A stretch of 63,347 nucleotides of DNA, filler included, from Octopus bimaculoides (Eukaryota), in NCBI RefSeq assembly GCF_001194135.2. It is 7 parts of 7 records of this genome, joined end to end, with 100 filler letters (N's around TTAATTAATTAA, not from the genome) between each part and the next. Parts side by side here need not be neighbours in the genome. Positions count along the whole stretch, not along the records: positions 24,052 to 48,666 come from NC_068988.1; positions 48,767 to 53,599 come from NC_069003.1; 5 more parts are not named here. The stretch is one strand, 5' to 3'. Positions 38,038 to 50,969 of the stretch are shown in pieces; positions within the stretch are counted from its first letter, which is position 1; each line of letters begins with the position of its first letter. The notes below the pieces were generated by a model, which worked only from the letters and a program-made list of their open reading frames with translations, did not search any database and was not told where the DNA came from. Position numbers and translations under genes: made by a program.

Positions 38038-38374
38038 ACACTGGTTGTACAGATGAAATTCCCAAATCGCACAATATAAGATTCTATAAAATTGGGATTA
38101 AAATTCATTCTCGAAAATAATTAATGTTTAATGACGAACTTTTTTCGAAAATAAACCTAGTAATTCGGTGGGGGTGACAACTAATTAAGGGCTACAAAGA
38201 AATTACGCTATACACCCACCTCCCCAAAAAACCCCTCATTAAACACAACAAAAAAAGAGAGAGAAAACATTAGGAAACGAAAATATGGAAAGTCTTCATA
38301 CAGAAAGAGAAAACTGGAGAAGTTACCTCGAATATATATATACATATATAAAAATAAAAAAGAAAAAACATATC

Positions 38375-38590
38375 CCGACCAAGGATGGAATATCGCCCTT
38401 ACATTTGGGATAGTGCGATGCTGCAGCTACTAATTATACAAGCCAACCGTGTGACTGGTGGTAAAGAATCAACGAAACACTTTATCAACAACGCACAGAC
38501 GAATTGTCTCTTCGCTTTGCATTATCTTGCGTCGAGCGAAATTTATCAACGCCCCGAAGCTTATAATTTGCATATCGTAACTCCCTGAAA
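38375..38590 (+). mobile_element. Possible decayed Jockey/CR1-group LINE RT C-terminal fragment
   Basis: MEYRPYIWDSA resembles the (L/M)EYcs.iW motif; downstream similarity is weak. Confidence 0.3.
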
Positions 38591-39291
38591 CCCACTCGCC
38601 ATAACTCTCTCTTCTATTGTTACTCATAAAATATATATTCCTTCCCAATTCCAGTACTAAACACAAACTCCAATATTTTCTCTCCGAAAGTCAATCTCGT
38701 GGTATTGCACCCTCCTCCACACTTTTTTCTTTCTTCTTTCTATATACATCGATTTATAGATTTACAAGCTGAACATAAACTGTAATAAAATGTATCGATC
38801 TAAGCGGTCTCGGATGGTCTCAAGAAATAAAACATAAAAAGAAACTTGAAAAATAAATAAACATTCTCTGGGGGGTATGAAAATATTAGAAAAAACACCA
38901 AACAATTCGACCGACGACAGCTATGCACTGCACTCGCAGTATAAGAAAATATACATGAAAAAAACAAACAAACAAAAAAAACAAACAAACAGAAAACAAG
39001 CGAAAGTAGAAAACAAATAATAACAGAAAATATATATAAAAAAAATTATTAATTTACAATAAGTTTCTCTATTTCTGTCTATTTATGTTGGCTTGCGTCT
39101 TTCTCTTCCTCTCTCTTTTACGTTCACCCAATAACTGTATGTGTTTTTATATTAGTCTATCTATCTATCTATATATCTATCTATCTATCTATTTATCTAT
39201 CTATCTATCCATCTATCTGATATATGCACACGTACACACATACAGAGATCTGCATATGTGAGCGTGTATCTATGGCATATATATATATATG

Positions 39292-39615
39292 CATGCGCAG
39301 ACGTGACTTTGTGGTAAGAAGTTTGATTCTCAACCACATGATTCCAGGTTCAGTCCCACTGCATAACACCTTGGCCAAGTCTCTTCTACTATAGCCCTCG
39401 GCCGACCAAATGCTTGTGAGTGAATTTGGTAGACGGAAACTGAAAGAAGCTTGTCGTATATATATATATATATATATATACACATACACATACATACATA
39501 TTTGTGTGTCTGTCTTTGTCGCCCCCTCACCGTTGCTTGAAACCTGATGTCCCCGTAACTTAGCGGTTCGGCAAAAGAAGATGATAGAAAAAGTCCAGGG
39601 ATCGATTTTTTCGTC
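39292..39615 (+). mobile_element. Family B SINE
   Basis: ccaggttcagtcccactgc...ccttggccaagtct...gacggaaactgaaagaagc. Confidence 0.88.
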
Positions 39616-39665
39616 GAAGGGCCGTGCTCGTCTCGTAGGCATTGGGTAATAGACTCGTTTCCAAG

Positions 39666-40060
39666 TCATAGGCCGGTTATAGGTCATAGGCCGGTTATAG
39701 GTCATAGGCCGGNNNNNNNNNNNNNNNNNNNNNNNNNNNNNNNNNNNNNNNNNNNNNNNNNNNNNNNNNNNNNNNNNNNNNNNNNNNNNNNNNNNNNNNN
39801 NNNNNNNNNNNNNNNNNNNNNNNNNNNNNNNNNNNNNNNNNNNNNNNNNNNNNNNNNNNNNNNNNNNNNNNNNNNNNNNNNNNNNNNNNNNNNNNNNNNN
39901 NNNNNNNNNNNNNNNNNNNNNNNNNNNNNNNNNNNNNNNNNNNNNGTAGGCATTGGGTAATAGACTCGTTTCCAAGTCATAGGCCGGTTATAGGTCATAG
40001 GCCGGTTATAGGTCATAGGCCGGTTATAGGTCATAGGCCGGTTATAGGTCATAGGCCGGC
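39666..40060 (+). repeat. 18-bp minisatellite (GTCATAGGCCGGTTATAG)n spanning a gap
   Basis: Perfect units on both sides of the gap at 39713-39945. Confidence 0.9.
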
Positions 40061-40862
40061 TTCCCGGTCATAGGCTGGTTATATGTTTCCCCGCCCTGGA
40101 CGAGATGCCTGTCCATTGAAGGATTAACTCTCTTTTGTCAGTTGAGTGGATCGGAGCAACGCAAAATATGTGTTTTACGAGCATGAGTATAAAACTTAAC
40201 GAATGAGCCACGCACCTCCACATTCACACACACACGCACACACACACACACACACATACACGCGTGCGCGCGCATGCACACACATCTGCTGTGACGATCA
40301 TACGGAAGTAAAAGACCCAGCTACAGCATCTGTGTTTGCAGACAATTCTGCATGTGGTCGTTCTGAACTAGGTCTCGCTCCAAGAAGAGTCTCTGCTGTT
40401 TCTGTAGATGCTCACACGAAAATTGAAGACCTAGCTACAGCATCTGTGCTCTGCACTGTTTATGGCCTCTATTGGTATGCCATTCAATCCTGTCATTGAC
40501 TTCAATTGTTTAGCAATCAGCTATCGGACCCCAGCCTTGTGTGACAGGCAAGCATTCTTGTCCGTCTTATTTGCTGTCCGATTCGATACTTTCACTTGTA
40601 TAGAATTCGCTGTAATTGTTTTTCTGCTTTGTTTGTCTCTTTTCATCTTTCCTGTTCTGGTGTGTTATGGTGTGTGTGTGTGGTTTATATTATACTCTTG
40701 CCAGTTATGCTTTTCGGAGAAATGAGTGATTGGCTACCATGTCGATAGCGATCATTTGACGCGATTACTTTGGTACGGCTACTTCTTTGGTGATGGACTT
40801 TATGTGACGGATGATTTGATGCTGATGGCAGACATACGCATACACACACACAGAGGCAACTT

Positions 40863-40933
<71 letters not shown>

Positions 40934-40972
40934 GANNNNNNNNNNNNNNNNNNNNNCACACAGAGGCAACTT

Positions 40973-41034
<62 letters not shown>

Positions 41035-41104
41035 AGGCAACTCGCTCTCTCTCTTCTCTCTGACACACACATATACATATACACAAATGTATAAGACGGG
41101 AGTT

Positions 41105-41470
41105 GGCACTCCGTCGCTTACGACGTCGAGGGTTCCAGTTGATCCTATCAACGAAACAGCCTGCTCATGAAATTAACGTGCAAGTGGTTGAGCACTCCAC
41201 AGATACGTGTACCCTTAAAGTAGTTCTCGAGGATATTCAGCGTGACACAGTGTGACAAGGCTGACCCTTTGAATTACAGGCACAACAGAAACAGGAAGTA
41301 AGGGTGAGAGAAAGAGTACAGCAGGGTTTACCACCATCCCCTGCCGGAGCCGCGTGGAGCTTTAGGTGTTTTCGCTCAATAAACACTCACAACGCCAGGT
41401 CTGGGAATCGAAACCGTGATCATATGACCGCGAGTCCGCTGCCCTAACTACTGGGCCATTGCGCCTCCAC
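41105..41470 (-). mobile_element. tRNA-derived SINE, family C variant
   Basis: Minus-strand head GGAGGCGCAATGGCCCAGTAGTTAGGGCAGCGGACTC...GGTTTCGATTCCC; 3' half shared with 5160-5337. Confidence 0.88.
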
Positions 41471-41583
41471 TTAAGATGGGAGAGAGAGCAAGCAAAGAGA
41501 GAGAATTAGAAACAGTAGGGCGTACAAAAATTGCTCAGACTGATACATAAACACAGATGTAAACACACAAACACAAAAACTTA

Positions 41584-41645
<62 letters not shown>

Positions 41646-42409
41646 NNNNNNNNNNNNNNNNNNNNNNNNNNNNNNNNNNNNNNNNNNNNNNNNNNNNNNN
41701 NNNNNNNNNNNNNNNNNNNNNNNNNNNNNNNNNNNNNNNNNNNNNNNNNNNNNNNNNNNNNNNNNNNNNNNNNNNNNNNNNNNNNNNNNNNNNNNNNNNN
41801 NNNNNNNNNNNNNNNNNNNNNNNNNNNNNNNNNNNNNNNNNNNNNNNNNNNNNNNNNNNNNNNNNNNNNNNNNNNNNNNNNNNNNNNNNNNNNNNNNNNN
41901 NNNNNNNNNNNNNNNNNNNNNNNNNNNNNNNNNNNNNNNNNNNNNNNNNNNNNNNNNNNNNNNNNNNNNNNNNNNNNNNNNNNNNNNNNNNNNNNNNNNN
42001 NNNNNNNNNNNNNNNNNNNNNNNNNNNNNNNNNNNNNNNNNNNNNNNNNNNNNNNNNNNNNNNNNNNNNNNNNNNNNNNNNNNNNNNNNNNNNNNNNNNN
42101 NNNNNNNNNNNNNNNNNNNNNNNNNNNNNNNNNNNNNNNNNNNNNNNNNNNNNNNNNNNNNNNNNNNNNNNNNNNNNNNNNNNNNNNNNNNNNNNNNNNN
42201 NNNNNNNNNNNNNNNNNNNNNNNNNNNNNNNNNNNNNNNNNNNNNNNNNNNNNNNNNNNNNNNNNNNNNNNNNNNNNNNNNNNNNNNNNNNNNNNNNNNN
42301 NNNNNNNNNNNNNNNNNNNNNNNNNNNNNNNNNNNNNNNNNNNNNNNNNNNNNAGAATAAGTACCAGGCTTTCAAAAAATGATTATTGGGTTCGAATCGT
42401 CCGACTAAC

Positions 42410-42494
42410 AGAAGAAGAAGAAGAAGAAGAAGAAGAAGAAGAAGAAGAAGAAGAAGAAGAAGAAGAAGAAGAAGAAGAAGAAGAAGAAGAAGAA
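42410..42494 (+). repeat. (GAA)n microsatellite
   Basis: Direct run. Confidence 0.95.
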
Positions 42495-43374
42495 ATGGTT
42501 TATCTTTAACTAACAAGCCAAGGTTTGCATCTTAACTCTAGTATTTTGCGTAGTCCAACTATTAACTTCCATATGGTGGGTCATTTCAGGCTAAACACAA
42601 ATGGTAAATGGTGGTGGTTTGTCTCTGAAATACTACCAGTACCGTCTTTTAACTTTCTTGCGACCTTCAACGTTTTCTATGGAGCCTAGCTTTTCATCGT
42701 TTCTTTACATCGTTTTTACATCGTTTTTACATCGTTTCTGGCTACTTATATTGTCGTTGTTGTTGGTGGTGGTGCTGACAGTGCTAAAATTTTATTACCA
42801 CTATCACCATTTTTGCTTGCTTTGTCAAAAAGTGAGAAACCCATTCACGCATTTTTTTTTCCTTTATCGAGATTGGTTCGCCAGACGTCATAAACATAAG
42901 TGACGCCGAAGTAAAAGTCTAAACAAAGGTTTATTGGTTGAGTAGTAGGAATTAATTGCTAACTAAATAATAAATACAACATTTTCTCGGCACCCAAATA
43001 ACCCATGGCAAATGGGTTTTGCGCGGATTTGATAGTGTCAAAATGGCGCTTCATAGAATACTTAACCCGATTTTCAGTGATAAAACGTCAAGCTGGGTTG
43101 GACAAACGTTCTTCTTACCCCACCACACAGTTCAATGCTGTTGCCTGACCAGCTAATGACTGATTGCATTTACAGATTTGTAGCTAGCTGTCATTTGCAA
43201 AGCATCTGTCGGGTCCTTTAGCCTTAATTTCTGCTGTCGTTAGCGTTTAAGGATTGCCTAGCTGATATATATGGCGTTGAGTAGTGAAGCACATTTTACT
43301 TCAGTGATAATCGTCAGCGTACTTGAGATCAATTCAAACCAGTTCTGTGTATTACATAGTTTCTTCTTGAAGGT

Positions 43375-43615
43375 TTTTCTTTTCTACTCTCGGCACAAGG
43401 CCCGAGATTTTGGAGGAGGGGGCCAGTCGATTAGATCGACTCCAGTACGCAACTGGTACGTAATTTATCGACCCCGAAAGGATGAAAGGCAAAGTCGACC
43501 CCGGCGGAATTTGAACTAAGAACGTAAAGACAAACGAAATACAACTAAGCATTTCACCCGGCATGTTAACGTTTCTGCCAGCTCACCGCCTTTCGTTTCT
43601 GCCAGCTCACTGCCT
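43375..43615 (-). mobile_element. Family A SINE, relatively young, with a duplicated 5' end
   Basis: gtttctgccagctcac(c/t)gcct occurs twice (about 43570 and 43594); core closely matches the other well-preserved copies. Confidence 0.92.
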
Positions 43616-43744
43616 TTTCTTGAAGGCTTTTATTACAATGCTGATGTTAGTGTCCCTAAAAATATCCTATCTTAGTTGCACATTTTTCTGTTACTTAAAA
43701 TTTGTAACAACAACAATATTAATAATCCTAATGATAATGATAAC

Positions 43745-43788
<44 letters not shown>

Positions 43789-43790
<2 letters not shown>

Positions 43791-44760
43791 GGAAAGAGCA
43801 CATAAAAAGAAGCAACATGGAAAGGGAAAATGTACAGTCAGTTTGCAAGAAATACGAACGCCAAAACAGAAACTGAAGACCGGTGGCTATGGACGAGGAG
43901 GAGCGACCTGAAGATGGAGACAGACGCACTTATATGAGCAGCTCAAGGACAAGTGTTAAGGACTAACTATGTGAAGTGCAGAATCGACAGCGACAAATGC
44001 AGAATGTGTAGGGAGAGGGGTGAAACGGTATGGAATATCTTTAGCGAATGCCCGGAATTGGCACAACGCAAATCCAAAAGACGACATGATACTGTGGCAA
44101 GAATGATCCATTGGGAACTCTGTGGAAATCACGGCCTACAAAGAGCAAAAACATGGTATGAGAAAACCCCAGAAAGAGTCACCGAGAATGAAAAATCCTG
44201 TGGGATGCAAAAATCCTGTGGGATGCAAAAATCCTGTGGGATGCAAAAAATCCTGTGGGATGCAAAAATCCTGTGGGGTTCAAAAATCCTGTGGGATGCA
44301 AAAATCCTGTGGGATTCAGAGCGAACACCTGACCAGACACCGGAAACCGGACATTGTCGTGGTGGTAAAAAAGAAAGAACATACGTGATAATCGACATAG
44401 CATGTTCCGGTGACAACAGGATCAAAGAGAAAGAAGAAAACTGGACAACTACGACGATTTGAAATAGGAAATACGAAGATCATGGTCAATGACGAGAGTA
44501 GACGTTGTACCAATTGTACTTGGTGCACTTGGAAGTATCAGCGCTCAACTACCAACATGGCTGAAAAAGATTGGTACAAGTATAAAGATAGAACACCTAC
44601 AAAAATCAGTGTATCTTGGAACTGCAAGAAATCTTCGCAGGGTTCTTCAAGCATGACCAGTAAACAAGTGTCACCTTAGTCTGCTGGCTTTGGATAGCTG
44701 ACACTTTCCATCATACCCAGCAAAATAAGTTGTGAGGTTTTATCAAACAATAACAATAAC
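43789..44760 (+). mobile_element. 5'-truncated R4/Dong-clade non-LTR retrotransposon
   Basis: WLWTRRSDLKMETDALI*AAQGQVLRTNYVKCRI; zinc knuckle CRMC..ETVWNIFSEC; RHDTVARMIHWELC; RKPDIVVV..IIDIACSGDNRIKEK; VPIVLGALG; LGTARNLRRVLQA* (stop 44654-44656). Followed by a 3' UTR and a (CAATAA) tail. Confidence 0.92.
44191..44317 (+). repeat. Seven-unit 18-bp minisatellite (AAAAATCCTGTGGGATGC)n inside the R4 ORF
   Basis: Direct tandem units; the fourth is 19 bp. Confidence 0.95.
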
Positions 44761-45717
44761 AACAGCAGCAGCAGCGACAGTCACGGCAAACACAACCAAC
44801 ATAATACATTCAGAGATAGGAAGGGTCTGTTATTTATTGTTAAGTGGTCTCATGACCGATATTACTTGGATAAGAGTTTTCGATCACTTTGTTTCGTCTT
44901 CAGCACCAATCAATTTTCCCATCTGCGTTCGCATACGATATATATATACAGCGATAAGAAATAGCGGGAAAATTTTTGAGTGAAGTTTTGCAGACGTTAG
45001 ACGTTTAGTAACACCAATAAGAGAAAAAAGAGTTTACTGTAATGAAAATGTATACGTTTTTTGAATTTATCATTTAAAAAACAAATTTAAAAATCTCGAG
45101 CATATACACTTGGTGTCCGTATAGTTATTGTTGTCTTTATTATAGTATGGGACCCCACCTCTCGGGCGTTTATAATCGAGTAGACCAGTGATGAAAGGAA
45201 TTGGCGCTGTGATAAATGTCTTTTATCAGACACTCTACATCTAGAAACTATATTATCTAAAATATAAAAGAAAAAAACACAACAAAAAAGACGGAGACGA
45301 CGGTTGCGTGTGATAGGTGAGGTGGGGGGGGGGATATGGGCGTTACATCTAGCAGGTGCAGCGATCAAGATACTATGGTATTTGAGCTTCAAAGAAGTGT
45401 TTTCTACACAACTCTTAACCACATTCGACACAATATAGGTGTAATAATATTTCTTGGTGCACCTGGATGAACAGAAATTTATCATTGTGATAAACCTTTT
45501 GCCGACTGAAGACAACACAGGAAAATTGTAATGGTTAGATCATTGCATCACGTAAAATAGGAATGGATGGAGTAATACTGAAAAAAAGGGGGAGAAAAAA
45601 AACAAAGCATCACTCGTTTCCAGCCAATGTGTTTCAAACCGTTACGAACAACAAGCATGAACATGTATAGTTATATATGATAAAAACAGCGTAGGGTAGC
45701 TGTTGGTACGTAGCAGA

Positions 45718-45797
45718 GTGATGATGATGATGATAATGGTGATGATGATTATGATGACGACGACGACGAAGATCATGATGATGATTATGATGACGGC

Positions 45798-45848
<51 letters not shown>

Positions 45849-45865
45849 AACGATGATGATGATAG
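45718..45865 (+). repeat. (GAT)n microsatellite
   Basis: Direct degenerate run; explains the poly-His/Met/Ile ORFs. Confidence 0.95.
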
Positions 45866-47186
45866 TGGACAACGCATTTTTTCTTTTTCCGAAGATGAAG
45901 ACCAATGTTTATCAAAATGTTGCTTTGAAGTGCTAAATTAGACTAACAATGCAGAGCGTTTAGGCGGGGAAAATTACTTATTCATCGACATTCATCCTTA
46001 TTCTCTTACGTATCGCAATATTCATAACAGAAAGAGGAAAAATAGGATAAAAAAAAAAAAATTCCATGTACAGCCGAGTATCAAATATGATTCAGTACAA
46101 TATATTATGGTTTACAAATTAGGTTCAGTAATGACAGTATAGGAGGATCAGCTAAAATAATGCTTCACTCAATAATTAGTTATAGTGAAGAAAAATAAGT
46201 TGACAACCTTCCAGAATATGGACCGCATGTTTTTTATAATGGGGGTTTGTAACGAAAACAAGGTAACCAGATTTACGAAGAGGTATTAATAGCGCAGACG
46301 CGCATACGAAGGATATATATNNNNNNNNNNNNNNNNNNNNNNNNNNNNNNNNNNNNNNNNNNNNNNNNNNNNNNNNNNNNNNNNNNNNNNNNNNNNNNNN
46401 NNNNNNNNNNNNNNNNNNNNNNNNNNNNNNNNNNNNNNNNNNNNNNNNNNNNNNNNNNNNNNNNNNNNNNNNNNNNNNNNNNNNNNNNNNNNNNNNNNNN
46501 NNNNNNNNNNNNNNNNNNNNNNNNNNNNNNNNNNNNNNNNNNNNNNNNNNNNNNNNNNNNNNNNNNNNNNNNNNNNNNNNNNNNNNNNNNNNNNNNNNNN
46601 NNNNNNNNNNNNNNNNNNNNNNNNNNNNNNNNNNNNNNNNNNNNNNNNNNNNNNNNNNNNNNNNNNNNNNNNNNNNNNNNNNNNNNNNNNNNNNNNNNNN
46701 NNNNNNNNNNNNNNNNNNNNNNNNNNNNNNNNNNNNNNNNNNNNNNNNNNNNNNNNNNNNNNNNNNNNNNNNNNNNNNNNNNNNNNNNNNNNNNNNNNNN
46801 NNNNNNNNNNNNNNNNNNNNNNNNNNNNNNNNNNNNNNNNNNNNNNNNNNNNNNNNNNNNNNNNNNNNNNNNNNNNNNNNNNNNNNNNNNNNNNNNNNNN
46901 NNNNNNNNNNNNNNNNNNNNNNNNNNNNNNNNNNNNNNNNNNNNNNNNNNNNNNNNNNNNNNNNNNNNNNNNNNNNNNNNNNNNNNNNNNNNNNNNNNNN
47001 NNNNNNNNNNNNNNNNNNNNNNNNNNNNNNNNNNNNNNNNNNNNNNNNNNNNNNNNNNNNNNNNNNNNNNNNNNNNNNNNNNNNNNNNNNNNNNNNNNNN
47101 NNNNNNNNNNNNNNNNNNNNNNNNNNNNNNNNNNNNNNNNNNNNNNNNNNNNNNNNNNNNNNNNNNNNNNNNNNNNNNNNNNNNNN

Positions 47187-47224
<38 letters not shown>

Positions 47225-47590
47225 GCGCATATGCTTATATAGATGTGTACATATACAGGGGTATATATTGCTTGTTGGACACGTATCAAATTTTCAATTA
47301 ATTCAGCTGGAATAAACATACACACATACACACTCACATACGTATGCATGCGTGTGTGTATGTGTGTATGCATATAAATATATAAACATATAGAAAAGTA
47401 GATATATATATATATAAACACATATATATGTATACATATACATATACATATATACATATATACATATATATACATATATAGATAAATACATATATATATA
47501 TATATATATATATAGATATATAAACACACATATATATGTATATATATATAAACCTATATATGTGTGTGTGTGTGTCTGTGCTTGCGTGTG

Positions 47591-47965
47591 GGCGCGTGCG
47601 TGGTAAGAAGCTTGCTTCCTTCCTAGCCATATGGTTCCGGGTTCCGTCCCCCAGCGTGACACCGTCAACAAGTGAGTTCTACAATAGTTTCAGCCCAAGC
47701 AAAGCCTTGTGAGTGGATTTGGACGACGGAAGCTAAAAGAAGAAGAAAATTTATGTATTTGTGTGTCTGTGTTTGTCCCCCACACCCATCGCTTGACAGA
47801 TGATGGTGTGATTACGTCCACGTAACGTAGCGGTTCGGCATAAAAAGCCGACAGAATACGTGCTTGGCTTACAAGGAATAAGCCCTGTGATCGATTTGTT
47901 CGACTAAAGGTGGCGTTCCAGCATGGCCGCAGTCAAATGACTGATATAAGTATAAGACTAAACGA
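47591..47965 (+). mobile_element. Family B SINE, full length
   Basis: Head ggcgcgtgcgtggtaagaagcttgctt...ggttccgggttccgtccc; tail ccagcatggccgcagtcaaatgactga. Confidence 0.88.
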
Positions 47966-47999
47966 ATGAAAAAATATGGGTATACACACACACACATAC

Positions 48000-48067
<68 letters not shown>

Positions 48068-48292
48068 ATGATACAAATAATATGTGAGTATATGCATATA
48101 TACGTACATGTACATGTATATATAGATACATATCTGGGTACATGACGTCACAATAAAACGTGGGCAAAATGAGAAACAGAACATAAACAGAGCACAGAAA
48201 ACACGCAGGCCATATGGAGAATATGTCCTTCATCAGCTACCACCGTTATAAAACTAAGTGTTTCGAAGAGTTAGGGCAGGATATAAAAAAGT

Positions 48293-48533
48293 AAAAAGTA
48301 AAAAAATAAAAGAGTCAAAAAGAAGAGTAAGTACGGTTAGACAGCCTATTTAATTACTACAAATATTTCGATACATACAGATCCTCGTATATACAGGATT
48401 TAAAGTTAAGTTTAGATTAAATTATTTAACGATTTACCTGTATAAGAAGATATTTCTCGAAACATTTGTACAGAGTAAAAAGTTGCCTAACCATACTTAC
48501 TCTTCTATTTGACTCTTTTATTTTTTGCTTTTT
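48293..48533. repeat. About 240-bp imperfect palindrome (MITE/foldback-like)
   Basis: taaaagagtcaaaaagaagagtaagtacggttagacagc versus the reverse complement of gttgcctaaccatacttactcttctatttgactctttta; weaker pairing continues inward. Confidence 0.85.
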
Positions 48534-48806
48534 ATTTTCACACATGAGGAATACCTAAGATTATAATTGGTAGCATACCATAAGAATACTACCAGCCTTT
48601 TGAGAATTCTAAGTGTGAGCGAGCTCTATTTGTGCTGACTATATATATATATATATATATATATATNNNNNNNNNNNNNNNNNNNNNNNNNNNNNNNNNN
48701 NNNNNNNNNNTTAATTAATTAANNNNNNNNNNNNNNNNNNNNNNNNNNNNNNNNNNNNNNNNNNNNTCAATGGCATAACTTGGTCTATTTTTATATATAT
48801 ATATAT

Positions 48807-49160
48807 GATGACCTCAGGACACTGAACCTTTCAGACAAGCTGAGGAAGGGCCAAGATACCTGGCGCCTTGCTGTAGTCAAGAAAATCTGTCCTCCACAGA
48901 AGAAGTGTTAAGGCTGCAAACCCTGGTGAGAAGAATTGGCCTGCAAGAGTCCTGTGCCGGTGCCATGGGAAAGTGCTTGTGTGGAGCCATGTTAAAAGCA
49001 CCCAAGACACTGTAAAATGGTTGGCGCCAGGAAGGGCATCCAGCTGTAGAAACCAGGCCAAATCAGACTGGAGCCTGGTGCAGCTCTCCAGCTTACCAGT
49101 TCCAGTCAAACCATCCAACCCATGCCAGCATGGGAAACGAATATCAAATGATGATGATGA
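48807..49160 (+). mobile_element. RTE-clade LINE 3' end: ORF C-terminus plus 3' UTR and (GAT)n tail
   Basis: DDLRTLNLSDKLRKGQDTWRLAVVKK...* (stop 48909-48911) resembles RTE C-termini (DL..l.l...a.DR..WR.av). It continues into the ggaagggcatccagctgtag...cccatgccagcatgg repeat. Confidence 0.75.
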
Positions 49161-49329
49161 TGTCTGTGTGTCTTTGGGTTTGTCCGCCACCACACCAGTT
49201 GACAACCAGTGTTGGTTCGTTTACATGCCTGTAACTTAAGCAGTTCAGCAAAACATATGGATGAAGCACCAGTACTTGAAAATGAGTACCAGTTTGAAAA
49301 AAAAAAAGAAATGTGGCTGTGTAGGTGTA

Positions 49330-49725
49330 CGTGTGGCTGTGTGGTAAGAAGGTTGCTTCCCAACCACATGGTCCTGGGTTCATTCCCACTGTATAGCACC
49401 TAGGGCAAGTGTCTTCTGCTATAGCCTTGGGCTGACCAAAGCATTGAGTGGATTTGGTAGACGGAAACTGAAAGAGGCCTGTCGTATATATGTATATATA
49501 TCTGTGTGTGTGTGTGTCTTTGTGTCTGTGTTTGTCCCCACTGCCATCACTTGACAACTGATGTTCGATGCGTTTACGTCCCCGTAAACCTAGCAGTTCG
49601 GCAAAAGACACCCATAAAATAAGTAATAGCCTTACAAAGAATAAGTCCTGGGGTCGATTTCTTCGACAAGAAACCCTTTTAAGGTGGCGCTCCAGCATGG
49701 CCACAGTCAAATGACTGAAACAAAT
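49330..49725 (+). mobile_element. Family B SINE, full length
   Basis: gtggctgtgtggtaagaagg head; aataagtcctggggtcgattt and ccagcatggccacagtcaaatgactgaaac tail. Confidence 0.9.
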
Positions 49726-49836
49726 ATGCGATCAAACAGATAAGTGGTATTGATTTGCTCAAATACGAACCTTTCAAGGTAGTGCCCCAGCATGGCCGCG
49801 ATCCAACAACTGAAACAATTGAATGACTAGATGATT

Positions 49837-49935
49837 ATCATTATTATTATTATTCAGTAGTTTTATTTTTATAACGTGCTTTCACTTCACTACCGAGCGC
49901 AGCTCTGTGTGCCTTGGGTATGTGCTGTCGTTTGC
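49837..49935 (-). mobile_element. About 90-bp 3' end of the R4-like family at 24052-24370
   Basis: Near-identical reverse complement of 24270-24355. Confidence 0.92.
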
Positions 49936-50119
49936 TATTATTATTTTTATTATGTTTGCAACAGTTGCACGTGCATTCTCACTGCACCGCCGGCTGCACC
50001 ACCATGTCGCTGAAATATGTGCAGAAAACATTGTCTTTTGACAGCAGAGAATTGTTTGTGTTCTATTTCTGTCGTGCATTTTGTGAAAGAAAAGTTCACT
50101 CCCTCTCTCTGTCTCTTTG

Positions 50120-50158
<39 letters not shown>

Positions 50159-50281
50159 CTTCTCCCTCTCCCTCCTGCTATCCCTCTCGCTCTTTCTCTA
50201 TTGTTGACTTTCAGTTGCACTTGACATGGCCTTTCATAAGAATAACGAGAAGTGCACCTGCTTGTACATAGATAAAGACTA

Positions 50282-50321
<40 letters not shown>

Positions 50322-50446
50322 GCGTATGCGTATACATACTTCTATGATGTATGTCTTACACATATATACAATATTAGTGTGTATATATGTATTTATAGAT
50401 ATCTATCCATCTATCTATCTATCTATATATATATATGCACACATAC

Positions 50447-50479
<33 letters not shown>

Positions 50480-50686
50480 TATATATATACACACACACAC
50501 ACACACATATATATATACGCATACATATATATATATATACCTACACATACATATATATATACATATACACATATATATATATATATTCCAGCATGGCCGC
50601 AGTCAAAGGACTGAAACAAATAAAAGAGTAAAAGAGTATATATACACACATACGCACACACACACACACATATATATATTATATAT

Positions 50687-50751
<65 letters not shown>

Positions 50752-50837
50752 TACATATATATATATATACACATACATATATAAGGTGTATGTATATAAC
50801 ATACACATCTATCTATTTATCTATCTAGCTATATATC

Positions 50838-50872
<35 letters not shown>

Positions 50873-50919
50873 ATACATATACAAAACCCAAATGTGTATA
50901 AAAGACTATATATATTGGC

Positions 50920-50969
<50 letters not shown>

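Noticed and set aside
45087-45518. 143-aa minus-strand ORF
   Set aside because: No recognisable motif; includes low-complexity runs.
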